Assembly: GCA_964441405.1 (NCBI GenBank)
Contig: CAYTYP010000013.1
Coordinates: forward strand, 23,779 to 87,778
DNA from: an uncultured Acidobacteriota bacterium
Lineage (GTDB): Bacteria > Acidobacteriota > UBA6911
Direction: 5' to 3'
Length of the DNA stretch: 64,000 bases
The notes beneath the pieces were generated by a model that worked only from the letters and a program-made list of their open reading frames with translations, made no database searches and was not told the DNA's origin. Shown piece after piece: positions 10,386-20,340 of this stretch. The translations under genes and the position numbers were made by a program. The number at the start of each line of letters is the position of its first letter. The stretch's first letter is position 1.

Positions 10386-10405
10386 GATGAAGACCGGAAT
10401 CCGAT

Positions 10406-10693
10406 CTATATGATCTCGCTGATTTGAAATTCCGGTTTGATATCGGAAAAATTAACCAGGTCGGCGGCAAGCTCCGGGTCATGGGCTTGCAATCCCTTCT
10501 CCATATCTTCCATGGTTTTAAAAACCAGGTGTCCTATAGCGATAAAAGGTGCGGTTCCAACGCCTTTGTTGACTTCGGTTTGGACCAGTCCATAAGGATC
10601 GAGTAATTTATGAACCAGCTTCATGTGTTGGTTCGTGTAATACTCGAAATTGAATTTTCCGCCTTGAGGATACATAACCGATACACGCATCAT
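10406..10693 (-). CDS. EthD/dimeric alpha-beta-barrel family small protein
   Basis: 95-aa translation MMRVSVMYPQGGKFNFEYYTNQHMKL. Tentative family call. Confidence 0.4.
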   Translation of the reverse strand: MMRVSVMYPQGGKFNFEYYTNQHMKLVHKLLDPYGLVQTEVNKGVGTAPFIAIGHLVFKTMEDMEKGLQAHDPELAADLVNFSDIKPEFQISEII

Positions 10694-10764
10694 ATGATTT
10701 GTTCTCCTGTTGGACTGGATTCTATACCGCGGTGATCGATCACGGCAACTGTCGAGGCATAAAA

Positions 10765-11205
10765 ATGATAGATTCATTCCTGAAAGCCGCTCTTGAAGAA
10801 GCGAAACTGGGACTCGCGGAAGGCGGGATTCCGATCGGGTCGGTTTTGGTTGTTGAAAATAGAATTGTCGGACGGGGCCATAATCGCCGCGTTCAGCGCG
10901 ACAGCGCCATTCTGCATGCGGAAATGGATTGTTTTGAAAATGCCGGCCGGTTGACAAGCAAAGAATACGGACGCGCCATATTATATTCAACCCTCTCCCC
11001 ATGTGATATGTGCAGCGGAGCGGCTTTGCTCTATAAGATTCCCAGGATTGTGATCGGTGAAAATAAAACCTTTCAGGGGCCGGAAGAATATTTGCGCTCC
11101 CGTGGCGTGCAATTGGATATTCTGCAGGACAGCGAATGCATCCGCTTAATGGAGGAGTTTATGAAGGCGCAACCAAGTCTCTGGAATGAGGATATTGGGG
11201 TGTAG
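10765..11205 (+). CDS. CMP/dCMP-type nucleoside deaminase (cytosine/guanine/tRNA-adenosine deaminase family)
   Basis: HAEMDC and SPCDMC zinc-binding motifs. ATG at 10765. Confidence 0.7.
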   Translation: MIDSFLKAALEEAKLGLAEGGIPIGSVLVVENRIVGRGHNRRVQRDSAILHAEMDCFENAGRLTSKEYGRAILYSTLSPCDMCSGAALLYKIPRIVIGENKTFQGPEEYLRSRGVQLDILQDSECIRLMEEFMKAQPSLWNEDIGV

Positions 11206-11259
11206 GCTCAGGAGCCTGTCCGAGAAGTAGGATGGGGCATATCCTAATTCTCGGACAGG

Positions 11260-11841
11260 CTAGGTTTCTTCAGGGTGGATCCATTTATCCACGAGGGCTG
11301 GTTCCCAGGTCGAAAGGCGGGTCAGCAGGTCCTCGACGCTCTTTGCATCGAGTATTAAAGATCTATGTTGGGGCCGCAACAGACGTGTTTCGACAATGTG
11401 ATCCAGGAATTTGAGAAAATGGTTGTAAAATCCGGATATATTAAGTAGACCGAAGGGTTTTTTGTGAAGGCCCAATTGCGCCCAGGTGAGAATCTCGCAA
11501 AACTCTTCCAGAGTTCCAAATCCTCCCGGCAATGCAATGAATCCGTCCGATAGCTCGGTCATAAGAGCTTTACGTTCGTGCATGGAATTTACTATCCGGA
11601 GCTCTGTAACTCCATGATGCGCAAGCTCTTTGTCTACAAGAGCTTGAGGGATTACACCAATCACCTGACCGCCGGCGTTCAGGCCGGCGTCCGCAATTAC
11701 TCCCATCAGCCCTATATTTCCTCCGCCGTAGACCAATCCGATTTTTCTTTGAGCCAAAGCTCGGCCAAGAGACTCCGCTGCAAGGGTGAAGGCTGGATCA
11801 TTTCCAATGCTTGATGCACAAAATACGCAAAGTTGTTGCAT
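11260..11841 (-). CDS. LOG-family (TIGR00730) cytokinin riboside 5'-monophosphate phosphoribohydrolase-like protein
   Basis: GLVYGGGNIGLMG and PGGFGTLEE motifs. Confidence 0.75.
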   Translation of the reverse strand: MQQLCVFCASSIGNDPAFTLAAESLGRALAQRKIGLVYGGGNIGLMGVIADAGLNAGGQVIGVIPQALVDKELAHHGVTELRIVNSMHERKALMTELSDGFIALPGGFGTLEEFCEILTWAQLGLHKKPFGLLNISGFYNHFLKFLDHIVETRLLRPQHRSLILDAKSVEDLLTRLSTWEPALVDKWIHPEET

Positions 11842-11957
11842 GAATATCTCCAGTTCAGGTTATAGCACAATTTAGGTAGACCAGACCCGCATTCAAGTTT
11901 TTCTTGACGTCCACGCTTGGAACGACGAAGCTATGCAGCAACTGGAGGATCGAAGAT

Positions 11958-13319
11958 ATGAAGGGCATATTGGCGTTTTTGGTTTTTTGTACCTTTGCAT
12001 GGAGTGTCGGCCCAGGTGAAAGTTACTGGCCATACTGGCGCGGGCCGGCTGCTGACGGCATGGCGGCAGGAGATGCTCCGCTACACTGGAGCGATACCCA
12101 AAATGTCAAATGGAAGGCGGATGTTCCAGGACGTGGCAGCTCCAGTCCGGTGATATGGGGCGATCAGATATTCGTGACTACTGCCATTCCAACCGGCGCT
12201 GCCCCCAAAACGGAACCCAAGCAGGCAACGCCTGCGGCGCCGGCGCCGAAATTCGGCAGGAGCATGGGTTTTGGCGGGCCGCCTCCGGTTGAGCAGGATT
12301 TTGTAGTGATCTGTCTTGACCGGAAAACAGGCAAGGAATTATGGCGACGCACAGCCGTAACGGCGACTCCGCATGAGTCTCATCATGCTCAATATGGAAG
12401 TTTTGCGTCCAATTCACCTGTTACGGACGGCAAACATATTTATGCATTTTTTGGATCGCGCGGAATCTATTGTTACGACATGAAAGGAGAATTGGTCTGG
12501 AAAAAAGATTTCAATGTGAAGATGCGGATGAGAATGCAATTCGGGGAAGGGATGGCTCCGGTTCTTTCCGGCGACCGGTTGATTTTAGTCTTTGATCATG
12601 AAGGGGATCAGACCGCAACGCCCGCAACGTCTTCCTTTATGGTTGTGCTCGACAAGAATTCCGGGAAAGAGATCTGGAGAGCGGACAGGGACGAAAAAAC
12701 CAATTGGTCGGCGCCTCTTGTGGTGGATTTCAAAGGAAAGAAGCAAATTATAGTCAGCGCCACCAAGAGGGTGCGAAGCTACGATTTTGAGACAGGGAAA
12801 GAGACTTGGCAGTGTGGCGGCCTTGGTGAGAATCCGATCCCCCAGCCTGTGCGCCAGGATGATTTGATCTTCGCCATGACAGGTTATGGGAGGAGTCCCA
12901 AATTGATGACAATCCGGCTCGGCAGGGAAGGCGATTTGACCGACACCGACGCGGTGGTATGGAGCCAGACTAAGGGAAATTCCTACACGCCGTCTCCAGT
13001 GATTTACGATAATAAGTTTTATGCATTAACGGACGACGCCAAGTTCAGCTGCTATAACGCCCGCACAGGTGAACCTTATTATCATCAGACCCGAATTCCC
13101 AATGCCGCCAATTTCAAATCCTCTCCAGTGGGAGCTAATGGCAAGTTGTACATGGCGGACGAAAGTGGCAATATTTTTGTTCTCAGGATGGGCGAGAAGT
13201 TTGAGGTTCTTGCGACAAATGCCATGCCCAACGAGATGTTTATTGCCACTCCGGCCATTGTGGGCGGCGAAATCTTTCTCAGAAGCATGAATCGCCTTTA
13301 TTGCATTCACGAAAACTAA
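11958..13319 (+). CDS. secreted PQQ-like beta-propeller repeat protein
   Basis: Signal peptide MKGILAFLVFCTFAWS. Repeated propeller-blade patterns (G.IY..D..TG...W). Confidence 0.6.
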   Translation: MKGILAFLVFCTFAWSVGPGESYWPYWRGPAADGMAAGDAPLHWSDTQNVKWKADVPGRGSSSPVIWGDQIFVTTAIPTGAAPKTEPKQATPAAPAPKFGRSMGFGGPPPVEQDFVVICLDRKTGKELWRRTAVTATPHESHHAQYGSFASNSPVTDGKHIYAFFGSRGIYCYDMKGELVWKKDFNVKMRMRMQFGEGMAPVLSGDRLILVFDHEGDQTATPATSSFMVVLDKNSGKEIWRADRDEKTNWSAPLVVDFKGKKQIIVSATKRVRSYDFETGKETWQCGGLGENPIPQPVRQDDLIFAMTGYGRSPKLMTIRLGREGDLTDTDAVVWSQTKGNSYTPSPVIYDNKFYALTDDAKFSCYNARTGEPYYHQTRIPNAANFKSSPVGANGKLYMADESGNIFVLRMGEKFEVLATNAMPNEMFIATPAIVGGEIFLRSMNRLYCIHEN

Positions 13320-13370
13320 GTTTCCCGGGAGCACGGGCGTCACGCCGACGCTCCCGGGGCAAGGATAGAT

Positions 13371-14288
13371 ATGAAGATTGTTGTTGCCGGCGGATCGGGA
13401 TTCATTGGCTCTCATGTTGTGGATGCTTTGATGGAACGTGGTCATGAAGTGCTGATCTACGACCTCGAAGCGCCGCATTACAACCAGCCGTGCGGCTTTG
13501 TCCGGGGCGACACGCGTGATATAGACCGGATGACGCAAGTATTGAAAGCCGGCGATATAGTGTATTTAATTGCGGCGGAAGCTAATGTGAACCGATTTTA
13601 TGAAAGCCCACGGTTCTCCAATGACATTACAGCCAATGCAACTCTCTCGGTTCTGGAAGCGGCCCGTCGAACCTCAGCTTCAAGAGTGATCCTTGCATCC
13701 ACGGAATGGGTCTATGGATCGCTTCCGGAATCTGAAGAGGAAAGTGTCATCACAGAGGAGACGCCGTATACTGGAAACCCGGATCATATTTATACCTCCT
13801 CGAAAATAGCTGCCGAGCTGTTCTGTAAAAATTACCTGGGGCTCTATGGTGTGAACTACACCATAATGCGTTACGGCATCCCTTTTGGGGAGCGGGCTCG
13901 TCCTGAAACGGTCACTCCCATTTTTATCCGGCGCATCGTCCGTGGCGAGCCAATTACAATCCATGGAGACGGCAGCCAGACCAGGCAATTCATTTATGTC
14001 AAAGATCTTGCTCAAGGCAATGCTGCCTGCGCCAGCGCTGCAGCGGAAAACCAGATTTTCAATCTCAACGGTAAAAAGAAAATCAGCGTTATCCAGATAG
14101 TGAGAACTCTGGAGGACATCCTTAAGAAAAAGGCTAACCTGAGCTTCGTGGAGGATCGCAAGGGGAATTTCAAAGGACGTTTTATTTCCTCGGAGAAAGC
14201 GCGTAATCTTCTTGGGTGGTCGTCGGCGCTTGACTATGAAAATGCTATGCGCACGTATGTCGAATGGTTTTTGAAGAATAATCTTTAA
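13371..14288 (+). CDS. NAD-dependent epimerase/dehydratase (SDR family)
   Basis: VVAGGSGFIGSHVV Rossmann motif and a YxxxK catalytic pair. Confidence 0.75.
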   Translation: MKIVVAGGSGFIGSHVVDALMERGHEVLIYDLEAPHYNQPCGFVRGDTRDIDRMTQVLKAGDIVYLIAAEANVNRFYESPRFSNDITANATLSVLEAARRTSASRVILASTEWVYGSLPESEEESVITEETPYTGNPDHIYTSSKIAAELFCKNYLGLYGVNYTIMRYGIPFGERARPETVTPIFIRRIVRGEPITIHGDGSQTRQFIYVKDLAQGNAACASAAAENQIFNLNGKKKISVIQIVRTLEDILKKKANLSFVEDRKGNFKGRFISSEKARNLLGWSSALDYENAMRTYVEWFLKNNL

Positions 14289-14345
14289 ATTTGGTTCCTT
14301 GAATGCGGGATCTGCCGCTGGGCTCCTGCAATCCCGGGTTAAAAA

Positions 14346-15719
14346 ATGAAATATGCTATTGAGCGCCTGGATCGACGAACTTCGATCCAGAAAGCAATTC
14401 AGTTAATTGAACGCAGTACATTTGATGCGGCTTTTGTTGTTGATGAAAAAGGCATTTATCTGGGCGGCGTCGCTATGGCGGAGCTGCGCCGGTTATTAAT
14501 CAGTGGCGCGCCGGGAGAGGAAGAAATCGGCAGCTGTCCGTTGAAGCATGAATACAGGCTGACGGAAAAGATTCTAAGTGATCGGAGCAAGGCCAACAGG
14601 ATGCTTTCCGATATGGAACTGGTTGGCGTGCATTTTCTTCCTGTTGTGGCGCCGGACGGGACTATTCGCGATATCCTTTCAGCGGAAGATATCGGTCGTT
14701 TGCATGGATTGTCCAATTCGTGGACGGCTGGACCTGCCCGGAGGGTTTTAGTTGTCGGGGGAGCCGGTTTTCTGGGCAGCGTTCTTACTCAGAGGCTATT
14801 GCGCTCTGGATTCCGCGTGCGAGTGTTGGACAGCTTCCTTTATGGCCGGAGGTCACTGGATCTCTTGTCCGGCGATGAGAATCTTGAAATAGTTGAGGGA
14901 GATCTTCGCAACATTCATACATGCGTAAATTCTCTGGATGATATTGATGCCGTTACACTATTGGCAGCCATTGTCGGAGATCCTGCTTCGAAAATCCGCC
15001 CGACCGAAACGATCGAAACCAATGTGCTTGCCGCCCAGGCGTTGGCGTCCGCATGCAAGTTGCACCATATAAACCGATTCCTCTATGCCTCGACCTGCAG
15101 TGTGTATGGCGTGGGCGGAAATCTGTTGGACGAGGAAGCGCCGCTCAACCCGGTGTCTCTTTATGCACGCACCAAGATAGAATCAGAAAAAATCATCCTC
15201 GGCATGAGTGATGATTATTTCAGCCCAACCATCCTGCGTATGGGAACCCTATACGGATATTCTCCGAGGATGCGTTTTGACCTCGTGGTCAATACGATGA
15301 GTATGAAGTCATTCGTAGAGCAAAAGATTCAAGTGTTTGGAGGCAGGCAATGGCGGCCTTTGCTGGGAGTGGAGGACGCAGCGGATGTCTACATTCGCTG
15401 CTTGGAAGCCGACCTTCAGAAGGTTGGAAGCCGTGTCTTCAATGTAGGTTCGGACGACCAGAACTACAGGATTGAAGAAGTCGCCGAGATTATAGGGGAA
15501 GCTTTGGGAAAAATCCCTATATCAAGGGACAATTCCAACCTGGACGCCCGTGATTATCGCGTATCTTTTGCCAGATTGGAGCAGACTCTTGGATTCCAAC
15601 CCCAGCAGACGATTCACAAAGCTGCGCAGGATATTTTTGAAAAATTGAGCGCCGGCGTGATTCGAAATCCGACTCAAAAAATATACTATAATCATTATTT
15701 TGATTCTGCCGAGGAATAA
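14346..15719 (+). CDS. CBS-pair domain fused to NAD-dependent epimerase/dehydratase
   Basis: The N-terminal ~125 aa are CBS-like. They are followed by VLVVGGAGFLGS and an SDR epimerase domain. Confidence 0.65.
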   Translation: MKYAIERLDRRTSIQKAIQLIERSTFDAAFVVDEKGIYLGGVAMAELRRLLISGAPGEEEIGSCPLKHEYRLTEKILSDRSKANRMLSDMELVGVHFLPVVAPDGTIRDILSAEDIGRLHGLSNSWTAGPARRVLVVGGAGFLGSVLTQRLLRSGFRVRVLDSFLYGRRSLDLLSGDENLEIVEGDLRNIHTCVNSLDDIDAVTLLAAIVGDPASKIRPTETIETNVLAAQALASACKLHHINRFLYASTCSVYGVGGNLLDEEAPLNPVSLYARTKIESEKIILGMSDDYFSPTILRMGTLYGYSPRMRFDLVVNTMSMKSFVEQKIQVFGGRQWRPLLGVEDAADVYIRCLEADLQKVGSRVFNVGSDDQNYRIEEVAEIIGEALGKIPISRDNSNLDARDYRVSFARLEQTLGFQPQQTIHKAAQDIFEKLSAGVIRNPTQKIYYNHYFDSAEE

Positions 15720-15962
15720 CGAAGAGAGAGCAGCCTGAAAATATTTTATTCCAGGAATTGCCCTAGGGGGGCTTTTTGGTGTAGACTTCTTCAAGCAGCG
15801 GATGCCTCTTTTGGGCGTCTGCTTAGCTGCTGAGGTTGCAAAAAGATTTACGACGCCAACTCAATAACATGATCCCGAGTCAATACGCATGATAACCCAA
15901 ACCTCCCGCATTGGTGGAGAACGTGCGTCGATTTGCGTATTCTGGGGTTTTAAGGGAGAGCA

Positions 15963-16562
15963 ATGCCTGTACGTTTGTTTGTGGGGAACCTTCCCTACGA
16001 TACTACTGAACCAGATTTAAGAGAATTCTTTTCAGCCGTTGGACCACTCTCGAATGTAATCATTCCTGTGGATCGTGAAACAGGAAAAAGACGAGGGTTC
16101 GCCTTTGTGGAATTCAGCGACCCGGCGCAAGCCGAGGAAGCGAGCAAACGTTTAAACAACCAGCCCTATAAGGGACGCAATATAACAATCAATGAAGCCC
16201 GGGCGCGGGAAAACCGTCCCGATGCCGGAACCGGGGCTCGTTCCCCGATGCGGCCGGCCGGATCATACCCTAGACCAGGTTTCAGCCCAAGGCCTTCGCT
16301 GGGCGCCCCGGATTTTTCCCAAAATCCTCTGGAAAATGGCAAGGCAGGGCGCTCGGAAAGACGACGGAATTTTGGGGCTGACGCCAAACCCGTGAGAAAG
16401 CGTAAAGTTAGTTACGGCGTTAAAGGGGAAATGGGCGGCAAAAAAGGTCCAATTAGAGAACGGGCTGGAGGTCAAATCTTCGGCTATGATGATGCCGCGG
16501 ATGATTCCGATCTTGATTATTTGCAAGATTTTAAGGAATCAGACGAAGAAGACGTCATCTGA
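15963..16562 (+). CDS. RRM-type RNA-binding protein with Arg/Gly-rich disordered tail
   Basis: RLFVGNLPYD (RNP2) and RGFAFVEF (RNP1) motifs. The C-terminal half is RG/PG-rich. Confidence 0.8.
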   Translation: MPVRLFVGNLPYDTTEPDLREFFSAVGPLSNVIIPVDRETGKRRGFAFVEFSDPAQAEEASKRLNNQPYKGRNITINEARARENRPDAGTGARSPMRPAGSYPRPGFSPRPSLGAPDFSQNPLENGKAGRSERRRNFGADAKPVRKRKVSYGVKGEMGGKKGPIRERAGGQIFGYDDAADDSDLDYLQDFKESDEEDVI

Positions 16563-17142
16563 ATATTAAATAACAGCCAGTACTTTTATATCAATCCATC
16601 CTCTTAAAATTAAGAGCCTGTTATACTTGTGCCTGCGAGCCGCAGCCCGAAAGGGCGCGGCAGCGGGCGCGCATCAGCCTGCCCAGCTCTGTAACTTCGA
16701 TGATTTCAAATCGGAGTCGGAATCGGCGTTCGAAAGGATCGATTTTCGATAGCGACAGCGACCTCGATTCCGACCCCGATGAATGCCTTAGCTTTGAGAC
16801 ATCTCAACAGAAATGGTGCAAATGGGTGCAAATGGTGACAGGCACGAATTGCACCATTAATAATTATTCCGTACGTTCCGTGGCTGTATTCCGTGGCACG
16901 CTTTTACGGATTCAAGACAAAGCTTGAGTCACAGATTATTCAATAAAGTACGGCTGGTGGCGGGACTGCCCGCCGCCATGCCAAAGTGCAAACGCTATTC
17001 ATTAACGGCCCCTAAGATTCCACCTGGTGAAAAAACAGTTGAGGGCGGCTGGTGGTTAGGACTATGCTGTCAATTCTGTTAATGAGGTTTTTCATTTTCT
17101 CCTTGGATTGACGAACGTTCAAATGCGGAGAAGGAGTTGAAA

Positions 17143-18714
17143 ATGTCGAAGATTATAACTGCCCGGGAAGCGGCAATACTGATCAAAGATGGTTCCACCA
17201 TAGGCGCCAGCACTCAGGGATTATCGGGTTGGGCAGAGGAAATAGCCATCGCTATTGAAGAGCGTTTTCAGCAATCGGGACATCCAAAAGATATCACTCT
17301 GGTTCACAGCTGCACCTGCGGCGATTATAAAAAAAGAGGGACCACGCATCTGGGGCATGAAGGGCTGACAAAAAGGCTGATTTGCGGCCATACCTTGACA
17401 TCGCCCAACATGATTCGTTTAATTGAGAGCAACAAAATCGAATGCTACCTGCTGCCCCAGGGGGTAATTTGCCAGCTGTGGCGAGCGATTGCGGGAAAAA
17501 AAATCGGCGTAATAACTTCGGTAGGGCTGGGCACGTTTGTCGATCCAAGAATCGAAGGCGCCAAGATCACCTCCATTACTAAAGAAGATCTGGTTTCCGT
17601 CATCGAAATCAATGGGCAGGAACAGTTGTTATATAAACCCTTTCCCATTGATGTAGCGCTCATACGCGGCACTGTCGCCGATGAGAACGGCAACCTTAAC
17701 ATGGATAACGAATCGATAATTATGGAAGCGCTCCCGCTTGCGATGGCGGCAAAGAACAGCGGGGGCATCGTTATTGCTCAAGCGCATGATTTGGCCATGG
17801 CCAATACGCTTCATCCTAAAAATGTCAAAGTGCCTGGGACTTTGATCGATTATGTCGTAATTGCCAAACCCGAAAATCACCACCAGACCCAACAAACATA
17901 TTTCAGTCCTGCATTAGCAGGACATATAAAAGTGCCTATAACCGGCATCCCCAAGCTCTCATTGGACGCCCGCAAAATAATTGGACGGCGCGCAACTATG
18001 GAGCTTTCGGCTGGGGATGTAATCAACTTGGGCGTTGGAATACCCGCGGTGATTCCCAGCGTAATCGCTGAAGAAGGAATGACCAATAAAGTTACGACAA
18101 CCACTGAGTTGGGCGTCTTTGGCGGCGTTCCTGCCATCGGGCTCGATTTTGGCGGCGCCCTGAATGCCGAGGCGATGATTGAGCATGCCTCCATGTTCGA
18201 TTACTACGACGGCGGCGGGTTGGACGTCACTTTTGTGGGCTTGGCCCAGATGGATAAAATGGGCGACGCCAACGTCAGCAGGTTTGGGAATCGAGTGGCC
18301 GGACCGGGCGGTTTTATCAATATTACCCAAAATTCCAAAAAGGTTGTTTTTTGTGGAATGTTTTCCACCGGTTCAGAAGAGGTTGTTGAAGACGGCAAGC
18401 TGCGTATTACGAAAGAAGGCTCTGGGAAAAAATTTGTCAACCGTGTCGATCAGATTACCTTTAGCGGTGAATTTGCCCAACGCAGAAAGTACCCGGTCTT
18501 ATTCATAACGGAACGCGGAGTTTTTAAGCTGGAAAATCGAGAACTCATCCTTATCGAGATTGCACCGGGCATTGACCTGGAAAGAGACATTTTAGGAATG
18601 ATGGAATTCAAGCCTCGTATTTCTTCCGATCTGACGAGTATGGATCCTTCAATGTTCTTGCCGGAATGGGGACGTCTTGGAGAATCGCTCAAGAAAAAGG
18701 CCAAAGTGAACTGA
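17143..18714 (+). CDS. propionate/acyl-CoA:acetate CoA-transferase family enzyme (Pct/YdiF-like)
   Basis: About 520 aa with an IITAREAAILIKDGSTIGAS N-terminus, as in propionate CoA-transferases. AAGGAG RBS before the ATG at 17143. Confidence 0.7.
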   Translation: MSKIITAREAAILIKDGSTIGASTQGLSGWAEEIAIAIEERFQQSGHPKDITLVHSCTCGDYKKRGTTHLGHEGLTKRLICGHTLTSPNMIRLIESNKIECYLLPQGVICQLWRAIAGKKIGVITSVGLGTFVDPRIEGAKITSITKEDLVSVIEINGQEQLLYKPFPIDVALIRGTVADENGNLNMDNESIIMEALPLAMAAKNSGGIVIAQAHDLAMANTLHPKNVKVPGTLIDYVVIAKPENHHQTQQTYFSPALAGHIKVPITGIPKLSLDARKIIGRRATMELSAGDVINLGVGIPAVIPSVIAEEGMTNKVTTTTELGVFGGVPAIGLDFGGALNAEAMIEHASMFDYYDGGGLDVTFVGLAQMDKMGDANVSRFGNRVAGPGGFINITQNSKKVVFCGMFSTGSEEVVEDGKLRITKEGSGKKFVNRVDQITFSGEFAQRRKYPVLFITERGVFKLENRELILIEIAPGIDLERDILGMMEFKPRISSDLTSMDPSMFLPEWGRLGESLKKKAKVN

Positions 18715-18730
18715 CGGCTGCAGTTTAAAC

Positions 18731-18842
18731 TAAAACAACGCTAAACTGAAACAACGCCACAGAATCGAACACGGAGTGCACGGAATTTATTGGTTTATTT
18801 CTGTGTACTCCGTGATGGGTTCCGTGGCGTTGTTGTTTTAAC
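18731..18842. repeat. ~100-bp structured palindromic repeat, copy A
   Basis: AAACAACGCCACAGAATCGAACACGGAGTGCACGGAATTTATTGGTTTATTTCTGTGTACTCCGTGATGGGTTCCGTGGCGTTGTTGTTTT. Nearly identical to copy B at 42424-42523. Confidence 0.8.
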
Positions 18843-18965
18843 CGGTTTATTCGGAATTTCGGTGACTGTCTTTGCTTTTGGTAGTAAGGTTGTGAGAACG
18901 GCTGATTGGGATTCCGGACGTTGATTCCCGGAATGGATTTATTTTTCTTAAAATAAGGAGGTCTT

Positions 18966-20162
18966 GTGAGCCTCAATCATTCACGAAGACAGTTTTTACA
19001 GGCAGGCCTTGCCCTTCCGGCGGCCGGTCTGGTTTCATCGGAACTCCCGAAATCGACGCCAAAAACATCGTCCAAATCCAAATCGGCGACCGGGCGGGCT
19101 TTCGTTTCGAAATCGGAAGCGCCGGCAGGAATCGTTTATAGAACTCTGGGCAAAACAGGATTGAAAGTTTCGGGCGTTGGCTATGGCATTGGATTCAATC
19201 CGGTCCCTGAGGTGGTGGCGCGCGCTATAGATTTGGGCGTCAATTATTTTGATACTTCGCGGGACTATAAAGATAGTGAGTTGGTTTTCTCGAAATTAAT
19301 CAAGGGCAGAAGAGACAAAGTTCATATCGCTACAAAATCAGGCAAGAGAAAAAAAGCCGATATCCTGAACGACCTGGACACAAGCCTCAAAACTTTAGGA
19401 ACGGACTATGTGGACATCTGGCATATGCACGCCTGTGATGCGCCGTCAGCTATTCCGGATGAAGCCCTGGAAGCGATGGTGCAATGCAAGAAATCGGGGA
19501 AAGCGCGTTTTATCGGTTTCAGCTGCCATGATCCGAATGCCATGGTCGACTTTCTTATAAAAACCAAGGCCTTCGATGTTATGCAGACCACGTACAGTTG
19601 GCCTATTGGTTCATACTATCGGGATGAGGCGGTAAAGAAATTGCATAATGCGGGGATTGGGGTCATCGCCATGAAGGTAGTGGTAGGATTGACCGGCTTG
19701 CATATATCAAAATTTGACAATCCCCCGGCCAGCAAAGAACCCGAAGGGCCTCTTGCCGGTATCAAATGGGTTTTGAAAAATCCTGCCATCGGGACAACAG
19801 TTCCATTCATGCAGAAAATTTCCGAGCTCGAAATGAATATACGGGCCATGACGGAACCTTTTACCCCGGCAGACGAAAAGCTCCTCTATGTCATGAATGA
19901 GCAGATACGTCCGCTGTATTGCCGGATGTGTTATGAGTGCAAGGGACAATGCCCGCAGGGGATGCCTGTTACCGACGTGTTGCGCTTCCTGGCTTATAAC
20001 GACTTCGGAGGCAACTATTATCAGGGACTGGCGAATTTCAGGAATTTGCCTTCCGAAATTCGTAATTTACATTGCAGTGATTGTTCTTCCTGCGCCATTA
20101 AGTGTCCCAATGGAGTCGCCGTACGGGACCGACTGATGCGGGCGCAAGAGCTTTTTGCTTAG
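18966..20162 (+). CDS. Tat-exported aldo/keto reductase with C-terminal 2x[4Fe-4S] ferredoxin-like domain
   Basis: GTG start after AAGGAGG. SRRQFLQAG twin-arginine motif, an AKR core, and two CxxCxxCxxxCP motifs near the C-terminus. Confidence 0.7.
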   Translation: MSLNHSRRQFLQAGLALPAAGLVSSELPKSTPKTSSKSKSATGRAFVSKSEAPAGIVYRTLGKTGLKVSGVGYGIGFNPVPEVVARAIDLGVNYFDTSRDYKDSELVFSKLIKGRRDKVHIATKSGKRKKADILNDLDTSLKTLGTDYVDIWHMHACDAPSAIPDEALEAMVQCKKSGKARFIGFSCHDPNAMVDFLIKTKAFDVMQTTYSWPIGSYYRDEAVKKLHNAGIGVIAMKVVVGLTGLHISKFDNPPASKEPEGPLAGIKWVLKNPAIGTTVPFMQKISELEMNIRAMTEPFTPADEKLLYVMNEQIRPLYCRMCYECKGQCPQGMPVTDVLRFLAYNDFGGNYYQGLANFRNLPSEIRNLHCSDCSSCAIKCPNGVAVRDRLMRAQELFA

Positions 20163-20241
20163 CAGGGAGATGGTACGTTCCCAACTCATTGCTGCAAAAA
20201 GCCGAACCAATCGCGCAAGCTATCGTAAAAACACAAATATA

Positions 20242-20318
20242 AAAACGCCGCGGATTAACACGGATTTTATAAATTAAAAAAATTTAAATTTGTGGGATTC
20301 GTGAATCTGTGGCGTTTT
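20242..20318. terminator. long imperfect palindrome of the GCCRCGGATT family (probable terminator of the AKR gene)
   Basis: AAAACGCCGCGGATT...AATCTGTGGCGTTTT flanking an AT-rich loop. Confidence 0.4.
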
Positions 20319-20340
20319 AACTGGTAACGGGCGCCACGCG

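Noticed and set aside
18725-18976. 83-aa minus ORF, and the 67-aa minus ORF at 42428-42631, sharing the peptide RINRLKQQRHGTHHGVHRNKPINSVHSVFDSVALF
   Set aside because: The shared peptide is simply the translation of the repeated ~100-bp palindromic element. It reflects DNA repeat structure, not a conserved protein.
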